From: Squalus acanthias
Lineage: Eukaryota
Direction of reading: 5' to 3'
Assembly (NCBI GenBank): GCA_030390025.1
Contig: CM059429.1
Coordinates: forward strand, 16,492,001 to 16,556,000
Length of the DNA stretch: 64,000 bases
The notes beneath the pieces are model-generated. The model was not told the origin of the DNA. It saw only the letters and a program-made list of their open reading frames with translations, and did no database searches. How positions within the stretch are numbered: position 1 is the first letter of the stretch; every line of letters begins with the position of its first letter. This document shows, piece after piece, positions 13,401 to 22,900 of the stretch. A program made the position numbers and the translations under genes.

Positions 13401-16400
13401 ACAAATGGATCTCACTTTAATAATCCCTTGACGTTACTGTATCAAAGTGCTGAAAAGCATCCCAGAATATGTCTGTTGTTATTTCTATATAGATGAATGG
13501 AGTCCACCGTGGAGATGTGTACGATCTCTTCCCAGGAACCTTCCAGACTGTGGAAATGAGTCCGCTGCATACTGGTACCTGGCTAATTCACTGCCATGTA
13601 ACGGATCACATCCACGCTGGCATGGAGACAACCTACACAGTCCACCAGAAACCAGGTAATGTGCAAACTTGGCTGCAAGACCATAGTCTGAAACATGGAA
13701 ATGGTTTTGGTGACAATGTGTATGCAATAAGATGAATGCAGTATTGTCCCTTTGAGGTCGATAGCATGCATGTCTGCAATACAGAGATAAGGGACATCAA
13801 GGGATAATTGTAGCAGCAAAGTATTTATCCCGAGGTGTTGCGTCCCAAATTGATGTTTCTTGGTTGCTTTATAAAGATATCCCGGTTTACAGAGTTTCTC
13901 TGCGGAGCTCTGTGTTCATCCATTTTTTTGGTAACAGAGGTAGTTTAATGAAGGGGTCATGGTACAGCATGCCTGCTCAGAATTATTGGCACCTTATGGT
14001 TTATATGACTTTAGTACCACAGCAGCCAGCACCCACTGAGCCATCAGGTACCTCGAAAAGTAATTCTCATTTAAGTCTCTTTGAGCTATATTCTGTAGCA
14101 ACAATAGAATTCTCCCCTCTCCTTCCCTTCCCTTTTCATCTTTAGATACTATCTAGCATTGTCACAAAAGTGCACAGAGGAGGCAATATATTTTCCACAA
14201 TTTAATCTGTTTATTTTTTCCACAGTATCTTCATAGTATTCATGAACTATATGAATTGAGTATGGTAGTGTAGTGGTTATATTGCTGAACTGGTAATCCA
14301 GAGGCCTGGACTAATGATCCAGAGATGCAAATTCAAATCTCCCCATGGTATTACTAGTGCCATCTGGAAATGATGAATATACTCAAAGACTGAATACCAA
14401 GACAGAGAGCGATAGATTTTTGAATATTAAGGGAATCAAGGGATATGGGGACAGTTCAGAAAAGTGGAGTTGAGGCAGAAGATCAGCCATGATCTTATTG
14501 AATGGCGGGGCAGGCCCGAAGGGCCGAATGGCCTACTCCTGCTCTTATTTCTTATGTTTTTATGTACCAGTAATAGTGAAAAAGTGACCGTGAAGCTGTC
14601 GGATTGTTTCACTAATGTCCTTGACGGAAAGAAAGACTTGCATTTATATAGCGCCTTTCACGATCACCGGACGTCTCAAAGCGCTTTACAGCCAATGAAG
14701 TACATTTTGGAGTGTAGTCACTGTTGTAATGTGGGAAGGAAGCCTTACCTGGTTTGGCCTATATGTGACTCCAATCCACACCAATGTGCTTGACTCTTAC
14801 TTGCCCTCTGAAGCAAGCCACTCAGTTGTATCAAACTGCTACTGCAGCAGTTGAAGAAGGCCCACCACCATTTTCTCAGGGCAACTGGGGATGTGCAATA
14901 AATGCCGGCCTTGCCAACAACGATCACATCCAGAAAATGAATTTTAAAAAGAGGACTGTACTTAGTAATAATACAATGATATTTGCTGACAACACCAAGC
15001 TTTGTGATCAACTGACAAGCATGGGAAAACATGGCAACAGGATGAACAACAATTGGGGTAAAATAAAGAATAGCAGAGATGGATTGTAATCTAGGTATTA
15101 CACACTGGGAAGGGAAACATGAAATGCAAACACAAAGGCTGACCATTAGTCAAGATAGGAAACAAAAAGTATTTGGGCGCGGCTACTGATTATCTGATGA
15201 AAATATCCAGTCAACGTAAAAGGTGTTATCGACGAGGTTAGGCAAATACTAGGATACTTCTCAAAGGCATTTGGCTAGAAGTCAAACCAAGTTATTCTAA
15301 CTGTGTACAAATAATTGTATTGGGTGCAGTTTTGGGCACTTCACCTTCCAAAAACAAAAAAATTGGTGGCATAGGAGATATTTCTGGGTCCATCAAGGTA
15401 GTTCTGGGGTGTAGGTCTTGAAGTTACGAAGAGAGGTTCACAGAACAAGCAGTATCTTGTCGTCATTAAAGAGTGAGGGGATATGTGCAAGAATTAAGTG
15501 TTGCTAGGTTTGAATAATGCAGAGACAGAATGCAGAACCACAGGAGTAGACAATTAACAAGCTTTAAGCAGGACCTGAGATTTTCTTCATAACAGAGTAA
15601 TGGATCTGTAGATAAGACTCCCCGATAAAGTATAGTGCCGAGTTGATTAAAGGCTTTAAAAAATAATGGAGGAATCTCTCGTCAGAAATGGGATTAAAGG
15701 CTAAAAGGATAAGCATAGATAGCAATGATTAAATGCTGTGTGGAACATAATGATTACTGAGCTGCTGGGATCATGGAGCTGTTGCATAAGGAAAATATCC
15801 AGTCAAAGAACAACAAGATGCAAAATTAATGGCTTAATAAAAGAGCTGCAGCAGGATTTTGCTTTGCAGATTGAGGGGTGGGAAAGGGAGACATTTTTTG
15901 AAGCCACTTTTTTCAGGAAATTAAATGGTTTGGGTAGAGTCTGATGGGACCAATTGTACCCGAGTCGTACAAAGGAAGTCTTTTTGGTTTGAAGAGCCTT
16001 TCCCATTCTTCAATAGACATATTCATAACAACCCAAGCGGGCAGAGGTATTGGGGAGGGGGGGGAAATAGTACTCATTTTTTTGTTGCGTTCCAAAACTA
16101 TATATATTTGCAGTTTGTGTGCATCTGTCATACTCCAGGCATCAGTTTATTACATATGCAAAACCATTAAAAAAATAGCCAGGTGTTTCACCCTTTTGAG
16201 CTAGAGGCTAAAACTTACAGCAGTTCACCTACCTTTAATTGTCTGTCGGCAATTACAAGCAGCTCTGATTACTTAGATTCAACATAGGAGGTACTTGAAC
16301 AGTAGCCTTAAAGTGATAGCGCCTGCACATCAAACCATGATGCAGCCCTTAGCCGATCAATGAGCAACTCCGCAGGAGATCCATTCATGTTTGTATGTTA

Positions 16401-16557
16401 GCAATAGCATTCTCTCATTTAAGCAGTGAATTTTCATTATGATTAAGTGGGAGCATTTTTTAATGCTACTTTTTCCTCTTTCACCCCCTCCCCCCATCCA
16501 GACGAAACGAGTATCTTTGGAAGTGTCAAGAAGTTTTGGAGTGGAAGTTCTACCTAA
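1252..16557 (+). CDS. CP: Ceruloplasmin (multicopper ferroxidase), 3' part of spliced gene; 5' exons lie upstream of the window. Exons: 1252-1456, 4049-4188, 4632-4760, 6017-6123, 10101-10323, 12053-12192, 13493-13655, 16502-16557
   Basis: Exons join in frame through AG/GT sites and give cupredoxin domains 4-6 with [21 protein letters not shown] and [15 protein letters not shown] copper motifs. No TM exon is seen, and the tail-to-tail position next to HPS3 matches the known CP-HPS3 synteny, favouring CP over HEPH/HEPHL1. Confidence 0.93.
1500..2125 (+). mobile_element. 5'-truncated non-LTR retrotransposon (CR1/L2-superclade; ORF2 ends ...[12 protein letters not shown])
   Basis: RT C-terminal ORF 1483-2058 ([17 protein letters not shown]...), 3' tail GGGCAATTAGGGATGGGCAATAAATGC...GAATAAAAAA; related copies at 7672-7930 and 61784-63330. 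Confidence 0.85.
2160..3607 (-). mobile_element. 5'-truncated CR1 LINE (RT domain + 3' UTR)
   Basis: Fragment ORFs [42 protein letters not shown]; tail ending in (TTTCTATG)n repeats. Confidence 0.92.
3745..3950 (+). mobile_element. CR1 fragment
   Basis: Matches CR1 ORF2 C-terminal sequence (cf. 38220-38420). Confidence 0.7.
4049..4188 (+). CDS. CP: CP exon
   Basis: cattttag|T...CAAG|gtattc; [47 protein letters not shown] (not in the ORF track, translated by hand). Confidence 0.94.
4632..4760 (+). CDS. CP: CP exon
   Basis: ccccag|GC...CCAG|gtaaag; [43 protein letters not shown]. Confidence 0.95.
5457..5634. mobile_element. Penelope-like element terminus (inverted pLTR pair) with hammerhead-ribozyme cores
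   Basis: 16-bp TSD CTGACTTGGACATACA (5441-5456 / 5635-5650); 43-bp inverted arms 5546-5588 / 5593-5635; CTGACGA...GAAA on both strands. Confidence 0.75.
6017..6123 (+). CDS. CP: CP exon
   Basis: ttgtag|GT...AAG|gtacag; [35 protein letters not shown]. Confidence 0.95.
6447..7560. repeat. Polypyrimidine/polypurine low-complexity tract (CCT/CCCCT-like)
   Basis: Almost only C/T on the + strand for about 1.1 kb. Confidence 0.95.
6899..7081. other. Assembly gap (183 N)
   Basis: Run of N. Confidence 1.
7672..7930 (+). mobile_element. 3' fragment of the KKAAHHH-type LINE
   Basis: Similar to 1862-2120 including the tail and A-run. Confidence 0.8.
8496..9025 (+). mobile_element. L2 LINE 3' fragment
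   Basis: [13 protein letters not shown]...APPYL...[12 protein letters not shown]...[11 protein letters not shown]; tail AAGGCGCTATATAAATGCAAG(TTG)n. Confidence 0.88.
9810..10080 (+). mobile_element. CR1 3' fragment
   Basis: FTQRVV..WNALP-type sequence and GGCCTCCTTCTGTGCTGTA..ATTCTATG tail. Confidence 0.75.
10101..10323 (+). CDS. CP: CP exon
   Basis: gtgcag|GAT...CATG|gtatgt; [15 protein letters not shown]...[24 protein letters not shown]...FIESNKKH. Confidence 0.95.
12053..12192 (+). CDS. CP: CP exon (HxxHxH copper motif)
   Basis: ttttccag|CT...AAG|gtaaag; [47 protein letters not shown] (hand-translated). Confidence 0.95.
12604..13020 (+). mobile_element. tRNA-derived SINE interrupted by a short Penelope-like terminus (12672-12741)
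   Basis: Same body as 14259-14948; insert flanked by a degenerate 15-bp TSD (12657-12671 / 12742-12756). Confidence 0.7.
13493..13655 (+). CDS. CP: CP exon (HCHxxxHxxxxM multicopper oxidase signature)
   Basis: tatatag|ATG...CCAG|gtaatg; [54 protein letters not shown]. Confidence 0.96.
14259..14948 (+). mobile_element. tRNA-derived SINE with nested CR1-tail and Deu-SINE-tail fragments; 3' tail shared with the KKAAHHH-type LINE
   Basis: Head GGTAGTGTAGTGGTTAT..., body as in the 12604 copy, tail GGGCAACTGGGGATGTGCAATAAATGCCGGCC. Confidence 0.7.
14975..15720 (+). mobile_element. Old, decayed CR1 RT/3' fragment
   Basis: FADNTKL motif at about 14982 followed by degenerate CR1-like sequence. Confidence 0.6.
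16502..16557 (+). CDS. CP: Probable CP terminal coding exon (secreted form)
   Basis: Long polypyrimidine tract + ccag acceptor; the phase-1 join gives [18 protein letters not shown]-stop(TAA); AATAAA about 240 nt downstream. Confidence 0.72.
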
Positions 16558-16798
16558 TTATGACCAACTGAAGCAAGATTATCCAAACATCTTTTGCGAC
16601 AGTAACGCGAATACTTCCTGCTTAAGATGCCTTCAACTGCAGCAGAGAATCATGTGAAGATTTGCTTAATTGAAACAACCCCACAATATAGATGTGTTAT
16701 ACCGATCGTACGTGGTCTAACATGGTCCTTTTCTCTAGGAAGGTAGGAACAGGAGTAGCCTCTCGAGCCTGTCCCACCATTCAATCTGCATAGTGACT

Positions 16799-16804
16799 AA
16801 TAAA
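16799..16804 (+). terminator. Candidate CP polyadenylation signal
   Basis: First AATAAA after the 16557 stop. Confidence 0.5.
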
Positions 16805-16904
16805 GAACGCCGTAAGCTCACTTGCCGTGATGTTTCCTATTCATTGCTGTGACTGAAAACCAAATGGGAAACGGCTTTGCACATTTACAGACTGCCCAGG
16901 CTCA

Positions 16905-17525
16905 CGTCTGAAGGGGGTTGGAGTACAAGAGTAAGGAAGTCTTGCTACAATTGTACAGGGCCTTGGTAAGATCACAACTGGAGTACTGTGCACAGTTCTG
17001 GTCTCCTTATCTAAGGAAGGATATACTTGCCTTGGAGGCGGTGCAACGAAGGTTCATTAGATTGATTCCTGGGAATGAGAGGGCTGTCCAATGATGAGAG
17101 ATTGTGTAGAATGGGCCTATACTCTCTGGAGTTTAGAAGAATGAGAGGTGATCTCATTGAAACATACAAGATTCTGAAGGGGATTGACAGGGTAGATGCG
17201 GAGAGGTTGTTTCCCCTGGCTGGAGTGTCTAGAACTAGGGGGCATAGTCTCAGGAGTAGGCCATTTAAGACTGAGATGAGGAGGAATTTCTTCACTCAGA
17301 GGGTTGTGAATCTTTGGAATTCTCTGCCCCAGAGGGCTGTGAATGCTGAGTCTTTGAGTATATTCAAGGCTGAGATAGATAGATTTTTGGACTCATGGGG
17401 AATCAAGGGATATGGAGATCGGGCGGGAAAGTGGAGTTGAGGTCGATGATCAGCCATGATCTTATTGAATGGCGGAGCAGGCTCGAGGGGCTGTATGGCC
17501 TACTCCTGCTCTTATGTTCTTACGT
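16905..17525 (+). mobile_element. CR1 3' fragment
   Basis: [18 protein letters not shown]...[14 protein letters not shown]; CR1 tail. Confidence 0.9.
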
Positions 17526-17680
17526 CGCTTCCGAAAGACGGCACCTCAGCCAGTGCAGCACTCCCTCAGCACTGCACTGGAGTGTCAGCCTAGATTTTTG
17601 TGCTCAAGTCTCTGGAGTGGGACTTGAACCCACAACCTTCTGACTGAGAGGCGAGGGTGCTACCCACTGAGCCACAGCTG
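17526..17680 (-). mobile_element. Deu-domain SINE 5' part
   Basis: Reverse complement of the tRNA-like head seen at 40020 and 49316. Confidence 0.8.
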
Positions 17681-17813
17681 AAGGAAATTTCAAACTGCAA
17701 AGTTAATTAACAGGAGTGCAAAACCCTTTTCTGTGATGGTATGCAGCAGAAAACTGGGTTGCACAACAAATAGGGAAGAGGGCTGGCGGCGAGACTGATC
17801 TTCAACGGTAGTA

Positions 17814-17950
17814 CAAAATGGGCGATAACGAATGGAAGCCCATTTTATACAACGTCTGATTTCCCCCCCCCCCCCCCCCCGTTGACTTTGAGGGAAATGA
17901 AAATCGGGCTGGGTGTAAAATGGGCAGCCGATTCATTATCGCCCATTTTG
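17814..17950. mobile_element. Short palindromic (hairpin) MITE-like element
   Basis: Arms CAAAATGGGCGATAA.GAAT..CCCATTTTA / TAAAATGGG..ATTC.TTATCGCCCATTTTG around a poly-C centre. Confidence 0.55.
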
Positions 17951-18276
17951 CGTTGCAGCCAAACAGAGATGATTTCACCCCCAATGCGTTCAACTGCACT
18001 TCATCTCTGAACCGCCCCATCCATTTTCAAGTGCCTGGCTACACTCCGACACAGAAGCCTCATCCCTCTCGTGAACACAACGTATCTTTCCAGTTGTGCT
18101 ATATTATTACTCTGATATTTAATTGACATGCAATAGCTGATTTTTCGATGAGCTTGATACACTAATCACAATGAATTTTGCCAACTAAAGATTGAAGTGT
18201 ATTTTAATCAATCGATCTGCTTGCAATGCAACTGAATAATCACTTCTCTGATCATTTGCGGTCTATCTTCAGGAAA

Positions 18277-18410
18277 TAGAAACATAGAAAAATAGGAGCA
18301 GGAGTAGGCCATTCGGCCCTTCGAGCCTGTTCCGCCATTCAATATGATCATGGCTGATCCTTTATCTCAATACCATATTCCCGCTCTCTCCCCATACCCC
18401 TTGACGCCTT
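18277..18410 (-). mobile_element. CR1 3' tail fragment
   Basis: Matches 2170-2300. Confidence 0.85.
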
Positions 18411-18728
18411 TCATTTCAACAGATTGAGATACTGAATTAACTATAATAGTTGAGGTTCCATGGTTCAATATTTACCTAGAGGGAGATTCCAGGGGCTTGT
18501 TCTGTTACGAACGTTTTTTCAGCCCCCAAAGCAGCGTCCTGCTCAAGGATTGCCCTTAAGGTGCCTTCACACTGCGGGAGCCAGTTTCAGGAGAGTGGAA
18601 ATGGGTTCTTTAACCTCAAATAATCTGCTAAGAAATAAAGAGGCAGACTTGATGGGCCGGATGGCCTCCTTCTCTGCTGTACTATTCTAGGTGAGTAACT
18701 TAAAAGACCAGAGTTTTGGCTATTGAAT

Positions 18729-19529
18729 TTTATTTCACACTTTTCTCATCAAGACCATTTCAAAAGGAAAAGGACTACTCTACCCGGCGACAGCATAACC
18801 CAACTGCAGGTTTGTGAACTAATTAATCCACCGTGATTGGATGAGTAATGTTTGCATAGCTGGTAAAGTAGAACTTAATAATAATCAGCAATTTGCATTT
18901 TCTGAATCTAAAGAGGGAGGTTTTTGGGCTGTCTGGTTAAGAGGTTACTGGGTATGGACCAGACTTTTAATATTTACATATCTCCCAAAGAGAAGTGAAA
19001 TATTAACAGGTTAAATAAATAATTGGTTAAATACACATACTGGTGAAAAGTTAAAGAGTTCAGAGGAGATTAATTGATACGGTTAATCTAGAAGTCACTG
19101 GAATACAAATGATACCTGTTTCTGGGAGGGGTGGGGAGGGGAGGGGTGGACGGGGAGGGAATGGAGTATAATGTGGTGCAATCCAGCACACTATACAGCA
19201 GAATAGTACGATAGCAGTTTCCCAGTCCCAGGCATGTCTTTGGGGCAGAGCGCACTGGGAGGGGGTCATGCATCTACCATCTGGGTTTGAGTAGAGTACA
19301 TGGCACTGGGGTGATTTTGAAGAAGGGAAGGTGGAGAAAGTGGCTTATTAGACAAAACTCAAAAAAATTACTCCAAAATAACTCCCAAGTTGGAAACAGA
19401 TATGCCAAAGCATTCAGATACACCGTGTATCAATGGGTCAAAGGGTAGAAAATTCCAGTGAAGTTCATATATGAACCTTAACCTGGTCGTACTAGAGGCA
19501 GTTACGCTGTTCTTACTTGAGCGTTTATT
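18729..19529 (-). terminator. Candidate HPS3 polyadenylation signals (AATAAA on - strand at 19524-19529 and 18729-18734)
   Basis: TTTATT on the + strand downstream of the HPS3 stop; which one is used is unknown. Confidence 0.45.
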
Positions 19530-19865
19530 AATGTCGCTGTAGAAATAGCACCCAGCAGTGTGTTAACCATCAGTAAGTGAACTTTGCCATGAATTTCTAC
19601 TCCAACACGTGTTGCTATGTAGATGCACTGCAACACCTAAATCGACCAGGTTTCCAGTTGTTTTTTTTTTGCCAGTGCAGGTTAGAGTTAAGTTGATCTT
19701 CACAGTTCTATTCTGCACCAGAATCGAGTCAGATGCACGTCACATTGTTTCGTCCTGCAGCAGAATCGAGGCAAAATAATGGTTCCCGTTCTGGGCTCCT
19801 GGGAAGTTTGAACTTCTCATTGTGTGGCCCAACACAGCTCCTTTCTGCCCGATGTTGACTCCCGG

Positions 19866-19993
19866 TCAGGTTATTGAATTCTTCCTGCTGCATTCCAGGA
19901 GATGGGGTAGGAAAAATGGAGCGACACCATCATCTGGCAACATACTTAGAAAATCCATAGGCTGTAGTGTGGTGGCTACCACTGCCAAGGTTT
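19866..19993 (-). CDS. HPS3: HPS3 terminal coding exon 17
   Basis: ccccag|AA...; [42 protein letters not shown]-stop(TGA). Confidence 0.94.
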
Positions 19994-22900
19994 CTGGGGG
20001 AGAAATGCAAACGTTTTGGAATCAGAATCTAAAAAAATCAGGCAAAGTAACTCTGTGGATTGCATGCAGAAACCCTCACTTTATGGAAACAGATACCAAC
20101 AGCAGCAATGCAAAGGCAGAGCTCGAACACGTTTAGTAATATTATCATGCATTTTTCTGCTTGTGTTTTAGATGTGTAGTAACAGGGCATTCCTCCCTTC
20201 CCCAGTGACTGTGTGTGGGGTTAAACGTAACCATACAGCGCAGGAAAGATGCTGGGCTTGATCCCTGGTCAACTGATTGCTACAACTGGTTTTCCATTTG
20301 CTGGCTAGCAATTTTTTTTATTAATAAAAGAAATGATTGTATTTAAAATTCCTATCCTGGTTTTCAAATCCCTCCATGGCCTCGTCCCTTCCTATCTCTG
20401 TAACCTCCTGCAGCCCTACAACCCTCCTAGATTGCAGTGCTCCTCCAATTCTGGCCTCTTGCGCATCCCCGATTTTAAACGCTCAACCACTGGCAGCCGT
20501 GCCTTCAGCTGCCTAGGCCCCAATTCTGCAATTCCCTCCCTAAATCTCTCCACCTCTCGCCATCTCTCTCGCCTACTTTAAGACGCTCCTTAAAACTTAC
20601 CTCTTTGACCAAGCTTTTGGTTACCTGTCCTAATATCTCCATAGGAGGCTGGATATCAAATTTTGTTTGATAACGCTCCTGTGAAGCGCCTTAGGACGTT
20701 TTACTATGTTAAAGGTGCTATATAAAATGCAAGATGTTGTTGTGGACAATGGGTGAAGTTCGACTGTGATGGGTCTCATGGTCAAACATCCCATTGATGT
20801 TCAGTGTCCAAACGCAACTGAAAAAAGTGTGCACTTGGGTGAGGCCCTAGCAGGCCACATCCACCCATGGAGCCATGCCCAAGCTTGTGGTATCACCTTC
20901 TCAAGAGGAAGGGTATGGGCAGAAAAATAGAAGAAAAATAATAAAAATGAATGACATTTAGTGTATTTAAGAAATTAAAATGAGCAGAACTGCAGAAAAA
21001 TAAACTTTCCCTCTTTGGCCCAGTTTTGTGCATCAAAGAAAGCAAGAAAGAACTTGCATTTATGTGGCTGCTTTCACGACCTCAGGACGACCCCGGGCAC
21101 TTTACAGCCAATGAAGCACTTTTGAAGCGTAGTTACTGGCTGCAACATGATCAGTGTCTAAACTATTGCAAAAGGATGAGAAACACAAACAAAATACCTT
21201 TCAGTGAAGATACCAGTATTCGGTTTTCTCCTCCAGCTCCTCTTGTCCGCCTACAAAGTTCAGGCAGAAGTTTTTTCCACCATAGAGGCTGAAAGGAGCA
21301 AAGGTGTTATATCAGTGAAGTGATGGCACACCCAGAATTGTGGAAGCCTTGCTATAGTCAAGATTGAAACCAAGGTACAGGAGGAATGGAGTCAAATCCT
21401 GTTTCAAGAAGGGCTGTCGACACCTGGGAATGAGGCTGAATCCAGTCTATAGAAGGGCTAGTGACACCTGGGAATGAGGCTGAATCCAGTCTATAGAAAG
21501 ACTAGTGACACCTGGGAGTGAGGCTGAATCCAGTCTATGGAAGGGCTAGCAACACCTGGGAATGAGGCTGAATCTAGTCTATAGAAGGGCTAGTGACACC
21601 TGGGAATGAGGCTGAATCTAGTCTATAGAAGGGTGAGTGACACCTGGGAATGGGACTGAATCCAGTCTATAGAAGGGTGAGTGACACCTGGGAATGAGGC
21701 TGAATCCAGTCTATAGAAAGACTAGTGACACCTGGGAATGAGGCTGAATCCAGTCTATAGAAGGGTGAGTGACACCTGGGAATGAGGCTGAATCCAGTCT
21801 ATAGAAGGGCTAGTGACACCTGGGAATGAGGCTGAATCCAGTCTATAGAAGGGCTAGTGACACCTGGGAATGAGGCTGAATCCAGTCTATAGAAGGGCTA
21901 GTGACACCTGGGAATGAGGCTGAATCCAGTCTATAGAAGGGTGAGTGACACCTGGGAATGAGGCTGAATCCAGTCTATAGAAGGGTGAGTGACACCTGGG
22001 AATGAGGCTGAATCCAGTCTATAGAAGGGTGAGTGACACCTGGGAATGAGGCTGAATCCAGTCTATAGAAGGGCTAGTGACACCTGGGAATGAGGCTGAA
22101 TCCAGTTTATAGAAGGGCTAGTGACACCTGGGAATGAGGCTGAATCCAGTCTATGGAAGGGCTAGTGACACCTGGGAATGAGGCTGAATCCAGTCTATAG
22201 AAGGGCTAGTGACACATGGGAGTGAGGCTGAATCCAGTCTATAGAAGGGCTAGCGACACCTGGGAATGAGGCTGAATCCAGTCTATAAAAGGGCTAGTGA
22301 CACATGGGAATGGGGCTGAATCCAGTCTATAAAAGGGCTAGTGACACATGGGAATGGGGCTGAATCCAGTCTATAGAAGGGCTAGTGACACATGGGAATG
22401 GGGCTGAATCCAGTCTATAGAAGCTGTCTCTCAGACAGGAACCCGGCAATCCTCCACCGTGAGGGAAGTAAAGGGAAAGAACGTACACTGGGCCAGCCAC
22501 CTTGCGCCAGTCCTGTGCAATGCTTAGCAGCTGGCTTTATACATAGACAGACTTTGGTAGAGGCCTTGGGAGGAAGTCTCCAGCATACTCCCTCACCAGA
22601 GGAGGGAGGGAAATAAAAATGAAGTCCGGCAATTCCACAGGGAATGGGAAGAGGATCAAATGGGTTACAATCTGCAAGAGAAATCTACCATTTTCTTCAA
22701 CTTAATTATTTTAAGTTCAATTGTTACAATATTGTTAGAATAATTAAATTCATTTTCCTCTCAGAAAGAGGCATGCAGTCCAGTAACTTGTTCTATATAT
22801 CACTGTTTCTCAAACTGGGGTCCGCAGACAGGGGGGATCCGCGGCCGGAGATAATTTCAAGCCTGCTCCTCTTTATAAAACCAACACTGATTCAGTTGTT

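Noticed and set aside
13656-13735. Read-through of the CP HCH exon for 26 more codons (GNVQTW...AIR)
   Set aside because: A canonical CAG|GTAATG donor exists at 13655, the extension is not CP-like, and no poly(A) signal is adjacent.
1252-16557. Hephaestin / hephaestin-like / factor V or VIII identity
   Set aside because: No transmembrane, B-domain or discoidin exons follow domain 6, and adjacency to HPS3 fits CP.
21408-22423. Regular repeat array resembling CRISPR
   Set aside because: Units are head-to-tail with no unique spacers, there are no cas genes, and it sits in a vertebrate intron: a minisatellite.
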